Shown here one piece after another: positions 14,089-25,800 of a stretch of 64,000 bases of DNA. Origin of the DNA: Octopus vulgaris. Its lineage: Eukaryota. Within the stretch, counting starts at the first letter, position 1; every line of letters begins with the position of its first letter. Under the pieces are notes generated by a model. The model was not told the DNA's origin, did not search any database, and saw only the letters and a program-made list of their open reading frames with translations. The stretch is taken from positions 111,414,001 to 111,478,000 of the forward strand of contig OX597818.1 of NCBI GenBank assembly GCA_951406725.2, written 5' to 3'. Both the position numbers and the translations under genes were made by a program.

Positions 14089-15096
14089 CTAATCAAAATA
14101 AATATTAACAGGAATGTAACGAATGGAATCGACACATTTTTCTCTGCACACAATGGCAGCACTTGAATGTATTGTCGTCTTCTAAATATAAGTAACGATG
14201 TCTGCGAATCGAAAATAATTAGATTGCCGTATATCTCATCTTGTGCGCTGCAATCTATTAATGTTATCAATGTCTGAATGATATTACTTTGGTGTGTAAC
14301 ATATGTTGTTAATATCTGAATGTATGTTGTTACTGAAAATTTATTATAGCAAATAATATATTAAAGCCGTTTTATTGCTATTTATGCGACGCAACATATT
14401 ATTGCATTTCATCTTTCGTGTAACTGATTTCGCTTTTTGCAAAGCACGAAAATTACACAAAATATCGTATATTGAATCGACCTGGATGAGTTAATTAATA
14501 TCCAGAAAACATAAAACAAAAGAAACAGTCTTAAATCGCAATGTATCGAACTCTTAACGCAATTGTATTCTTAGATATGAACAGGTTCTACGGAACAAAG
14601 ATTTAACACCTCAGCACAAAATTACTTCCAGAAAACTACACAACCAAACAACATAGACCACAGAGAGTTAATCCTTTCAGAATACACAAATGATAATTGC
14701 CACATAGGATAATTGTCAGATGGTAGTCGTCGCATATTCAGCCTGATTGTTCTAGTTTACTTTCATCATTGCACGTGTGCGGATATGACATTTAACGCGA
14801 TGCATCCATCGCCAGAGGACTTCATAAAATACAAACCGGAACAAGAAATGAAATTAAAGTGAGACATCTGTACGTCAGTGGATCTCAGTGACAAAAGCTT
14901 GCACAACATTTTTGCCACTCTCTCCGTCGCCATTGTAGTTTCTCACTATTCTCACTTGAGGTTTTAGAGTATCTTTCTTCTAGAAGAGCTGCCTTCCCCA
15001 CGGTTTTGGCAAAAATAACGGGAACCTACTCTACTCATGGGAAATTTATTTAACCCATAGATGGATCCTGACAGGAACTACAGTCCCGAGTCATAA

Positions 15097-15554
15097 TGGC
15101 TTGGACATATTAGTCGTATGGAAGATGGCAGAATCCCCAAGGACATACTCTACGGAGAGCTTACTAGGGGCACTAGGTCTGTGGGAAGACCGTTCTTACG
15201 ATACAAGGATGTTTGCAAAAGGGACATGAAGGCCTGCGACATCAGTATTAGCAACTGGGAAGCAGTTGCCAGCAACAGTGGAGATTGGCGACGTACTGTA
15301 GAAGAGGGAACACAAAGGAGTGACAGAGAGAGAGAGAGGAGAAATGGAAAGACAAGAAAGATGTCAACAAGAAACTATGACATTACATAGTCTTCGCTAC
15401 ATTTGCGGCACCTGCCAGAGGGAGTGTTTGTCGAGGATAGGAGTACACAGCCACAGCAGGAAATGTATTAGGACAGGAAATGTAAAAACCGGACTAGATT
15501 ATTTTATGCGCAACTCCATTGTCTCCCGAGACAAAAAGGATGCTAACAACAACA
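15097..15554 (+). mobile_element. RTE-clade LINE, 5'-truncated 3' end (frameshifted)
   Basis: WLGHISRMEDGRIPKDILYGEL...GRPFLRYKDVCKRDMK and terminal C2H2-like CGTCQRECLSRIGVHSHSRKC; short (AAC)n tail. Confidence 0.9.
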
Positions 15555-15673
15555 AATATATATATATTTGTGTGTATATATATATATATGTATATATATA
15601 TACATACTAATACAATTGTTCGTTTGTTTTCCACCTGCCTTCGTCTTTTGTTTATTTTCATAAAGCTTCCCGT

Positions 15674-15706
<33 letters not shown>

Positions 15707-15709
15707 GTG

Positions 15710-15758
<49 letters not shown>

Positions 15759-16739
15759 TTGTGGATATATACGCATATAAAATGTTGGAGTCTGTCATAA
15801 TGGACAGCTGAGGGCTCCACAGCTTTTTTCTGAAAAGCTTGCACAAATGATTTGTTTATTGTAATGAAACGTTTGTACCGTACGTTAATTCACGCCCTCC
15901 ATCAAATCGACTTTGGCCAAACAGAAACAGGATGTAACACGTATATGACTGCGCGCGCATGTGTGTGATTCGCTGCATTGCTACTCCATTGCTTCCCAGA
16001 ATTCCCCGTGTGACACAATTCTAGATCACTTTAATCACTTAACTGCAACTACATATATTAAATTCTCTTCCTAATCGTAAGCATTATACAAATACATGCA
16101 CTCGTTTTAGGAATTGATTAGGAGAAACTTTGTCTGGTTAACTGTCAGATTAATAAATTCTTAGTTTACTAATTGACAAAGTAAAACATTGAAATCAGCA
16201 GAAAGTAGTGATGGTTTGCGTGGGAAAATAGAAAAGGAGAGTTGAAACTGAGGTGCCTGAATTTCTTCGGTGTTGTTACAAATATCAATAACACCGTCAA
16301 CGTTACGGACTCTTGAAATTTATTTAAAAACTTTTGCGTTATAAATTTTATGAAGCCAACGTGTCAGGTATTAGATGCTTGGCTATTCGAACGGAGCCGT
16401 TGTAATAACTGCTGTATTACTGAACAAGCAAAGATTTCAAGTTATTAACTCAAAATGGCTACAGCCACAAGGCCATTAAAACTTTAGTCCGCTTTCAATA
16501 AAGTGACTAATGAATAAAGAAAGCAAGACAATAAAACAGCCACGAAAATAAAAGCGTGTGAAAACTGCAGCCAAACAAATGAAAGAGGGAATGCATAAAA
16601 GCATTAAATATTTTAAGTAGAAAGTCAACTGTTTAACAAAACCCATAAAATTTCCTAAAACCATTTTTCTTATTGTTATTTTTTGCTGCAGTTAAGCTGC
16701 CAAATCCCTCATCTTCCCAACGTTTTACCCCACTCTCTA

Positions 16740-16773
<34 letters not shown>

Positions 16774-17104
16774 GCTAAATTCCTTTATAGGCCTGCAGGT
16801 TTCGCTGCATCACGGTCATTATCTTAAAATACTTTGCCTCGAAAATATCGGATGTTATCTATTCAATACATTTATTACCAAAACTAAGCAACTATAAATT
16901 TTTGTAAACTGCAATACTTTTAGAGATTGCAATAAAAGAAAAGCTTCAAGAGCCTTCTAACTGTCACCAAAGTGATTCTCAAAGTATTTAATTACTGTTT
17001 TCTTCAACAAACATCGATCCTGTTTTATGCAAACTACAATGTATCCGGCATCTGTCCTGTTCCCCCTCTTCCCTCTCCCCAAATGCTGCATATGATGTAT
17101 GATA

Positions 17105-17390
17105 TCGTACTTTCGTTAATTGGTTTAGCTGCCAACGTAGTCACGAGTCGTCGTGGACATCCTCGCGGCCCTCTTACGTGGACCCAACGGAAAATCCGTT
17201 GTGTGATACATAGGAAGAGAGAGGGCTGCACCAGCGACCAGATAGGGTTCAATTACAGTCAAGGAAACCGAAGTGACATGAAATGAAGTGCTTTGCTGAA
17301 GGACACAAAGTGCTACCTTAGCCTTCTGAAGCCCTGATCTTTTAGCCACGAACCAAATATATGTTAACCACCATGTCACGTGCCCTCACT
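17105..17390 (-). mobile_element. Old tRNA-derived SINE (A-type core)
   Basis: TGAAATGAAGTGCTTTGCTGAAGGACACAA core followed by a decayed tRNA-like head in reverse orientation. Confidence 0.55.
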
Positions 17391-18917
17391 CTAATGGCAC
17401 ATATCTCTTCTTTAACCCCTGGAAAATGCTGTAGGAAAAGAATATTATCGACTTCAGTGATTTCATGCATGGCAATCGCTGAGTAGTAGTGCTATAATCG
17501 ATCGGTGTAAATTATATCTGTTACCAATTTGATCAATACAATAACGATGAAAGGCAAGGTCAGTTTTATTGGGGTTTGGTAGCAAATGAACCATAAAACT
17601 GCAGGGTATTTGGCTAAGCACCTCCCATTTTGGTTACTTTACCTCATCATCTTAGACACTACCAAGACTTTGACAGGGAGCGGCAATGGAAAATATTTAA
17701 ACTCTCTTTCTCTTTCTCTGTCTCTCTCGCATCTCTCTCTCTCTGCGTTTATCTGTGTTACTATTACACATTGATTACTAATGAGTCTATTTCATGCTAT
17801 TGGGATAAAGTTTCTTCAATCTTTATTTTATTTATACTGATATCTCATGCTTCATAATCCCTCTTTATGTTTCCCTCTTTGTTTTAAACTACTAATTATA
17901 CCAATATGTTTCTATGTCGGCACAATCTACCTTTATTCCCTGTCATTTTCATCCATATTTTCTTAACTAAATTTCTTCGCAAAAACTGTATCCTTTTATA
18001 GCACAAACACTTCAACATCCATCGACTGACGTGAGAATCAGAGTTTAATTTATCGTCTCAACAAAAGTTACCTTAGAGCTTTGAATTATATTTTCCATAA
18101 GTCTTAACTGTAAGATTCGTTCACGGAATGGATTTTTGGAATATAATATAGTGTCGTAGTAAATACTTAGCATAATGTAGATGTATCACAATTTTCGGGT
18201 GAGATTGAATTATTAGACGAAATGGCTGATGAAACATTTTTTGTTTCTAGAACTGTTTATGTCAATTTTGTGAGTCTCCTGGCGGCCAGTTAGTGTTGAA
18301 GTGGAAACCGAGAATGAGTATATCTTAGGATTTTTAGGACTAAATTGGGTCTGGTTGCAGTGGTAAACACTAGCCCTTCCATTGTCATATCGTATTTGCT
18401 GGTTTGTATAGAATCAGTAATACTAAGCCTGTCCACGTGTTGTGATTTTTGTGGTGTGATTTATTTGATCGCTTTGGGCGACTAGACCAATCCCTCATTG
18501 ATTGAATATATCGTTTATGTATTCAGGGAAAATTACAGTCATCGATTACTTTTATAAGACACCAAATTCGATTTTTTTATCTTGAGGCTTTTCCTTCAAG
18601 CTATTCTTTAAAATGAGATGTCGAATACAAAAGTTCCTTTTGAGAATCATGGAATTATAACACCGGCAAAGTTAATGCAAATGTCTTTTAAAAGACACTA
18701 AGTAGCTTTTTAACTCCAGTTCTTTGCACATACACAAACATATGCATACACTCGTATGTACACACACATATACACACATATAAGTAGTGTGATTATGCAT
18801 ACATATAATGAGACATACATTCATATACATACAAACAAACAAACACATACACATCCGAATACAAATGTACATACACACATACATACATGCATACAACATA
18901 CATACATACATACTTGC

Positions 18918-19025
18918 AAAAGACGAAGACGGGTGTGTAAACAACAAACCGATGTATTAGTTTAATGCTCGGGAAGTGAGAAAGTCTTTTACGTTTCGAG
19001 CCTACGCTCTTCAACAGGAAGGAAA
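18918..19025 (-). mobile_element. PLE-like pLTR fragment with hammerhead-like motif at 18986-19021
   Basis: Minus strand CTTC-CTGTTGA-A-GAGC gtag GCTC-GAAA-CG-TA-AAAG; homologous to 5855-6005. Confidence 0.6.
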
Positions 19026-20537
19026 TTAGATATCATTTGAAAACATCGCTGCACAATTTGGTAAGAAAGCAAACAAGATTAATTATTAAAGTTTGTTAAA
19101 TTAATTTGTATAGAAATATTTCTAGGAAAAGTCAGCACTTTCATAGCTACACAAACAAACACGCCTATTTCTGCTACATATATGCACACACACATCCGAA
19201 CGTTCATACACACATACATACTTATATACATGTACATACACATACGTAGAACCATACACACTTCAATACAGGTGTGCGTGCGTAGCTGCGTGCGTAGCTG
19301 CGTGCGTAGCTGCGCGCGTGTGTGAAGGTAGACTGTGAGTGTATGAGTTGTTTCCTACAATCTTCCTGGTTGTTGATCGTTTAGCAAGATATATATTCAT
19401 TTTATATACACTGACATACATAAATACATACATTCGCATATACACAGACACAAATACAGGCATACGTATGAATGTGCATACTTACGTATGTAATTACATA
19501 CACACATTGCAACCCGTAGATACACTCGTGTATATATATATACATATATACATACATAGATGTTTGAGAAAAGCACCATTCTGTCAAAATATACATGATT
19601 TACGTGTTACACCCAGTTGATATGTCATAACAGATCTTTTTCTAATTATCGTCGCTGTTTTCCGTTTTCTTTTCCTTCCTTCCCCCGCTTATTATATGAT
19701 TTACTTAATAGAAAAATATAGGTGTTGCGCACACCGATACGAATTTATATACATCAACTCTACATCATAAACCATAACGACAATCACCCATCATCATCAT
19801 CATCATCAGCTTAACTTCCACTGTTATTGTCATCACCATCGATTTATCACACTTAGAACAACAACGCATACATAGACACAAACACGGGAAGAAAAACTGA
19901 AAATAAATTTAATAACAAACAAGGAAAATCGCAAAAAAAAAAAAAAAATATCGTCACTTCCCGTTCACGCGCACAAATTCAGACTCAGACGAACAGATTA
20001 TCAATGGTTGAGTTTGCAAAAGATTTTAGCAAATTTTGGCAACGCTTCTCAAAATCACAAAATTACATTAAATTTTCTAAGGTAGAAGAAAAATATTTCG
20101 TGAAAGATACTGTTTTTTTTTTTTTGATATATAAGTAACGTGAAAAATATATTAATATCTATATTAATATAATTTGTCTGTCTGCACACCACTCTATCTC
20201 ATTAATAAATATATATTTACTTTTTGCATTCCACCAATTCTATAATGTATCATTAAACTTTTATTGGATAAACACACACACACACACACACGCATATATA
20301 TACATACATACATACATACACACACACGCATATATATACATACACATACACACATATATAAATATGTATTTAGACACATACATGTATGTATATATACGAA
20401 TATAAAGTGTTGTATATATATATATGTTTGCGTGTGTATGTGTGTGTGCATGTAAGTATTTTCTTATGTATATGTATACATATATTTGAATGTTTATACA
20501 TACCCATATATATATGTTTGCACATTTATATATATAT

Positions 20538-21920
20538 AAACAGGGAAACAGATCCCTCGCAGTCAACTATCGCCCAATCTCACTCACCTCCCACATCATT
20601 AAAGTGTTTGAAAGAGTGTTAAGATCAAGGATAGCTGACTTCCTGGAGACCCACAAACTCCTAAATTCAAATCAGCATGGCTTTCGCTGTGGCAGGGACT
20701 GTCTAACACAGCTCTTACACCACATTGAAGATGTACTCAAAGCCTTGGGAACAGGTTCGAACTCTGACGTCATATACTTTGACTTCAGTAAAGCGTTCGA
20801 CAGGGTAGACCATAACATCCTACTCTCAAAATTGGCAAATGTTGGAATCCGTGGAAAAGTTCTACACTGGATTCAGTATTTCCTAGCGAATAGAACACAA
20901 CATGTTGTAGTTGATGGAGTCCATTCAAACCCAGCAAAAGTCACCAGCGGTGTTCCCCAGGGAACTGTTTTGGGTCCGCTACTCTTCATAATTTATGTAA
21001 ACGACCTTTCCAGTGTCGTACATCACTGCAAAGTGAGAATATTCGCTGATGACACTAAGCTCCAGCAAATCGTCAATGAAGAAGCAGACCGAACTCAACT
21101 CCAGTCTGACCTATATGCTGTGAGTCAATGGGCAGACAGAAACAAAATGCAACTGAATGAGGGAAAATTTGAACTGATGCATTTTGGAAGAAATTCCTCA
21201 CTAAAACAACCATACTCTCTTTCTTCAGGGGAACCGCTCACAGCCTCTAACAATATCAGAGACCTGGGTGTAATTGTTGATGACGATCTCAGTTGGAGTG
21301 CACACATCAACAAGAAGGTCGATACAGCTCGTAGGATGAGTTCCTGGATCTTAAGAACTTTCCGGTCCAGAGAACAAGGTGTCATCATACCACTTTTTTC
21401 ATCCTTTGTACGGCCACACCTTGAATACTGCTGCCCACTGTGGTCTCCTCACACAAGACAAAACATCTCCAGAATTGAGTCACCCCAGAGGGCTCTCACT
21501 AAACAAATTGAAGGCATGGCTGCTCTCGATTATTGGGATCGCCTTAAAGCCTTGAAACTTTACTCCCTCCAGCGTCGCCGTGAGCGGTAGATCATTTGTA
21601 CGATGTGGAAAATATACCGCCAACTTTGCCCAAACGACCTAAACATTAGCTTCAAGGTTCATCCGAGACTTGGACCACGGGCTATACGTCCCCTGCCAAA
21701 TTCAAGATCACAACATACATGTACACTGCAACATAATTTCTTTTCCTCAACAGGCCCTGCCCTATTTAACATTGTCCCGAGGGAGATCAAAGAGGAAAAG
21801 GATCCCATCAACTTCAAACAGAGTCTGGATAGATTCCTTCAAAGAATACCAGATAAGCCACCCATAATTGGATACAACTCACCCAACAAGAACTCACTAC
21901 TTGAACAAAACTTGACTTAA
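20538..21920 (+). pseudogene. Non-LTR reverse transcriptase ORF2 remnant with one in-frame stop
   Basis: ORFs 20490-21590 and 21603-21920 are in the same frame; the N-terminal residues of the first ORF are microsatellite-derived. Confidence 0.9.
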
Positions 21921-22011
21921 ACAGGATTCGAATAATCCTATCAGGTGGTGCTATTAAGTTAGACATGGCCTGGACCAATCTCTGGTCGAAACATAACTAA
22001 GTTTTATCTAA

Positions 22012-22016
<5 letters not shown>
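20538..22016 (+). mobile_element. CR1/L2-group LINE, 5'-truncated, with RT domain and 3' end
   Basis: NYRPISLTS, QHGFR, DFSKAFDRVDH, SGVPQGTVLGPLLF and FADDTK motifs; frame continues past a TAG at 21588-21590 to 21920; tail of repeated CTAAGTTTTA(T); TA-rich flanks. Confidence 0.95.
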
Positions 22017-22089
<73 letters not shown>

Positions 22090-22103
22090 GGAGTTACAGA
22101 ATA

Positions 22104-22218
22104 GAGTAGATAAGATCCGGGTCACATGTCTCATAGCGAGCGGAACCTCAGAAGTGGTCTTACCACTTCTGAGGCTCTGCTCGCTATGAAACACGTGTAG
22201 CCTAGATCTTATCTACTC
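22104..22218. repeat. Imperfect palindrome (~55-bp arms, 3-nt loop), likely PLE terminal inversion
   Basis: GAGTAGATAAGATCC...CCTCAGAAGTGGT ctt ACCACTTCTGAGG...GATCTTATCTACTC. Confidence 0.8.
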
Positions 22219-22420
22219 CATCCTTATTCGCACACCTGGCAAGCGTGGTCGCCTACTGTGAAATATAAAAGAACTATTTTTCAGTCTCTCATACTTCGAT
22301 AAGAAAAGAATCCACGACCTCCCATCTCAATAAACCACCATTGTCCCTGAAAGTTGTTTTTTATATTTACTATAGTTTGCTTGAAGCTAACTTTCTCCCT
22401 ACAGCTTGATCCCTGGATCT

Positions 22421-22463
<43 letters not shown>

Positions 22464-22467
22464 TATA

Positions 22468-22869
22468 CTCTTTTACTCTTTTACTTGTTTCAGTCATTTG
22501 ACTGTGGCTATGCTGGAGCACCGCCTTTAGTCGAGCAAATCGACCCCGGGACTTATTCTTTGTAAGCCCAGTACTTATTCTATCGGTCTATTTTGCCGAA
22601 CTGCTAGATGACGGGGATGTAAACACACCAGCATCGGTTGTCAAGCAATGCTAGCGGGACAAACACAGACACACAAACACATATTCACATATATATATAT
22701 ACATATATACGACAGGCTTCTTTCAGTTTCCGTCTACCAAATCCACTCACAAGGCATTGGTCGGCCCGGGGCTATAGCAGAAGACACTTGCCCAAGATGC
22801 CACGCAGTGGACTGAACCCGGAACCATGTGGTTGGTTAGGAAGCTACTTACCACACAGCCACTCGTGCG

Positions 22870-22872
<3 letters not shown>
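22468..22872 (-). mobile_element. SINE family C, full length (tRNA head, CORE-like block, (AAAGAGTA)n tail)
   Basis: Minus strand GAGTGGCTGTGTGGTAAG...CCGGGTTCAGTCC...GGCATCTTGGGCAAGTGTCTTCT; near-identical to 34124 and 38841. Confidence 0.85.
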
Positions 22873-22968
<96 letters not shown>

Positions 22969-23309
22969 ACGTCTATATCTAGCATGTTGACTGTCCACTT
23001 TTCGTGTTCAGTCCTTAATTGGTATATATAAATATTTTAATCTTCGGATTCTTTTTTAATATGCTAGACCACTGGTCTTAATTGATAAATATCAATTTCT
23101 ACCCTTAATTAATTTTATATAAATAAATGTTCTCTAACCGATAAATTAACTGCTGCTAATTATTAGCTGCAGGCTAGTTTCCTCGGGTCTCAACGCGCCA
23201 AGGTAAAGGCATTTGAAAGATATATTCAAATGTAATAGGCTGAACTCCATGCACGCGATATTTCGGTATCGTGTTTGCATTTAGTCCAGCAAATTACATT
23301 TATAACGGA

Positions 23310-23374
23310 CCATGCTGATGATGGCTGCAGTTTTCCTTGCGGAAAATAACAGCTGAAACTAAGTTAGTACATGG
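23310..23374 (+). ncRNA. Type I hammerhead ribozyme, canonical core
   Basis: CCATG-CTGATGA-T-GGCTG...TTTTCC ttgc GGAAAA...CAGCT-GAAA-CTAAGTTAG-TA-CATGG; predicted cut after GUA at 23369. Confidence 0.88.
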
Positions 23375-23814
23375 GTAATTATTTTATTTCGTATATTTTT
23401 CACTTGTTTATTGCTATGGTTTTGTGTTGAGTTTGATCTGAGAACATAATCTTTTGTGGAGAATGACGATTTGACGTCTATATCTAGCATGTTGACTGTC
23501 CACTTTTCGTGTTCAGTCCTTAATTGGTATATATAAATATTTTAATCTTCGGATTCTTTTTTAATATGCTAGACCACTGGTCTTAATTGATAAATATCAA
23601 TTTCTACCCTTAATTAATTTTATATAAATAAATGTTCTCTAACCGATAAATTAACTGCTGCTAATTATTAGCTGCAGGCTAGTTTTCTCGGGTCTCAACG
23701 CGCCAAGGTAAAGGCATTTGAAAGATATATTCAAATGTAATAGGCTGAACTCCATGCACGCGATATTTCGGTATCGTGTTTGCATTTAGTCCAGCAAATT
23801 ACATTTATAACGGA

Positions 23815-23879
23815 CCATGCTGATGATGGCTGCAGTTTTCCTTGCGGAAAATAACAGCTGAAACTAAGTTAGTACATGG
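23815..23879 (+). ncRNA. Type I hammerhead ribozyme, second tandem copy
   Basis: Identical to 23310-23374, 505 bp downstream; predicted cut after 23874. Confidence 0.88.
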
Positions 23880-24110
23880 GTAATTATTTTATTTCGTATA
23901 TTTTTCACTTGTTTATTGCTATGGTTTTGTGTTGAGTTTGATCTGAGAACATAATCTTTTGTGGAGAATGACGATTTGACGTCTATATCTAGCATGTTGA
24001 CTGTCCACTTTTCGTGTTCAGTCCTTAATTGGTATATATAAATATTTTAATATCGGATATATAATATGCTATATATCTTAATTGATAAATATCACACACA
24101 CTACCCTTAA

Positions 24111-24169
<59 letters not shown>

Positions 24170-24170
<1 letters not shown>

Positions 24171-24965
24171 TGTGGTTGTCTACTCCTTATGCAGAGTTTG
24201 GCCACCTCTTGTATACCTACACCTTATTACCATCATAGCATCTGATGTGGATTTGTAAACCAGATAATGTTCTGAAAAGACACCCACATAGATTGCATAT
24301 CTGATTTGGACCAGCAAGATCTGCAGTTAAGTTCTGATGTTTGTGGATCTCAAAACGTATTTTGAGGCCTCCATTGGATTTGCAAATCTTCTGGCATACG
24401 CTGCATTCAAAGGTTTGCACATACATATAGGCAAAATAGTTGGTGGAGGTCGGTTTTCCATGTTTTCGCAGATGAGTTTTGAGGCCAGCAAAAGACAAGC
24501 ATGGTCTCTCACAGACTGCACACATAAAGGTCATTGTCATTCACCTTCTCGATCGTTATATTCTTCCTTAGATCTCTTTTGAGTCTTGTATTATCCTGGC
24601 CTCTTCAAATGCTTTCACTTCACTCTTTTGTTCGCCATCCAGCTCGATCTGAAGCATGTCTTCTAGATCCATTCCGAGTAACTTCGTATTAGTCCTTATC
24701 CTGTCCTTAAACTTGTTTCAGGTTTACGGCGATAGTATTTCCTCTCTGCAAGATCACCATAAAATAGCTGTTTCGGCATGCGTTCATCCGCCATCCGAAC
24801 AATATGGCCACACCATCTCATTTGGTTCCTCAAAATCATAGCTTTAATTGAGGTTATGCCTGCAGATGCAAGGACATCTGTGTTTGGAGTAAAAGAACTC
24901 CATTTAATTGTGCAATGCCCGAAGGTTACGGAACTGTGGGCTTATGTCGAACACCTGCAGTCACA
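24170..24965 (-). mobile_element. RTE-clade LINE 3' end with three C-terminal C2H2-like fingers, decayed
   Basis: Minus strand IKWSSFTPNTDVLASAGITSIKAMILRNQMRWCGHIVRMADERMPKQLFYGDL, then CAVCERPCLSFAGLKTHLRKH, CSVCQKICKSNGGL, CNLCGCLFRTLSGLQIH. Confidence 0.85.
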
Positions 24966-25558
24966 TTCGAGAAGAATGCAACTGTTGAGCGAACCTATAA
25001 TTAAGATTGTTCCGCTGCATCCCCCTAAATAGGGAAGAACAGGCTTGTCTTCTCTCGGTAGTTACTGTTGCGAAGGAGGTAGTATAGGAGACGAGAGTGA
25101 AAGGGATTGCGACAGGCATTTTAATTTCCAGCCTTGGGTTAGTTAGCTTTTTTCTTTTCCACTTGACAAGAAAAATAAGAACGGTGAAGAAATGCCTGTC
25201 GCAAAGTGTTTCGTAAAAGATGGAAGACTGTAACAAGTATGTTCAGAGTGAAAGAACCTGTTTAAGCGAGAACTTAAAAAGGGAACACAAAGTCTTCATT
25301 GTGAGAATGTGGTTTGTGGGGTCAACCATATTTTGTTAATCATACATTAGTTTTTATTTTGTATCTTTAAAATTATTCATTCATACTGTTAATCTCATTC
25401 GATCCCCGACTCCATATTTGTTTGTCTGTCCTTGTATCGTCTCCTCTTTCTTGAACCTATATGGTGAATAAAGAAAATGGACCATGCGACAGGTTGTACT
25501 GGATTACAGGTTACCGGTAGCGCCCAAGAGTGACCTGACACACACACACACACACACA

Positions 25559-25616
<58 letters not shown>

Positions 25617-25617
25617 G

Positions 25618-25800
25618 GGAGAGAATTCACAAAAAACCAAAAGACGCAGACCGGTGGTGTAGACAACAAACAGATGTATAAGTATAACACTCGGGAAATG
25701 AAAATGTCTTTAACGTTTCGAGCCTACGCTCTTCCACGTAGAAAGAAACAAGGAAAGAAAATAAAAACTGTGTAGTGGCTAGCGATCTATCATGGCGAAT
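25618..25800 (-). mobile_element. PLE-like pLTR fragment (5855 family), hammerhead core decayed
   Basis: ACGTTTCGAGCCTACGCTCTTC and the flanking tail match 18918 and 61125. Confidence 0.6.

Larger units (their letters stand above)
22966..24115 (+). repeat. 505-bp tandem repeat (~2.3 units), each full unit with a hammerhead; retrozyme or tandem PLE pLTR
   Basis: TTGACGTCTATATCTAGCATG starts at 22966, 23471 and 23976; units 1 and 2 near-identical; flanked both sides by (TA)n. Confidence 0.9.

Noticed and set aside
21955-22002. GACCA/TGGTC stem followed by GAAACATA resembling a hammerhead half
   Set aside because: No valid core upstream; better explained as the LINE 3' terminal stem-loop.
22162-22205. 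CTGAGG...GAAACACGTGTA as a hammerhead
   Set aside because: Core incomplete, stems I and II do not pair, and the mirror arm reads GAGACATGTG.
24217-24540. Host C2H2 zinc-finger gene
   Set aside because: Contiguous with RTE coding remnants and a LINE-type 3' end; no TGEKP linkers.
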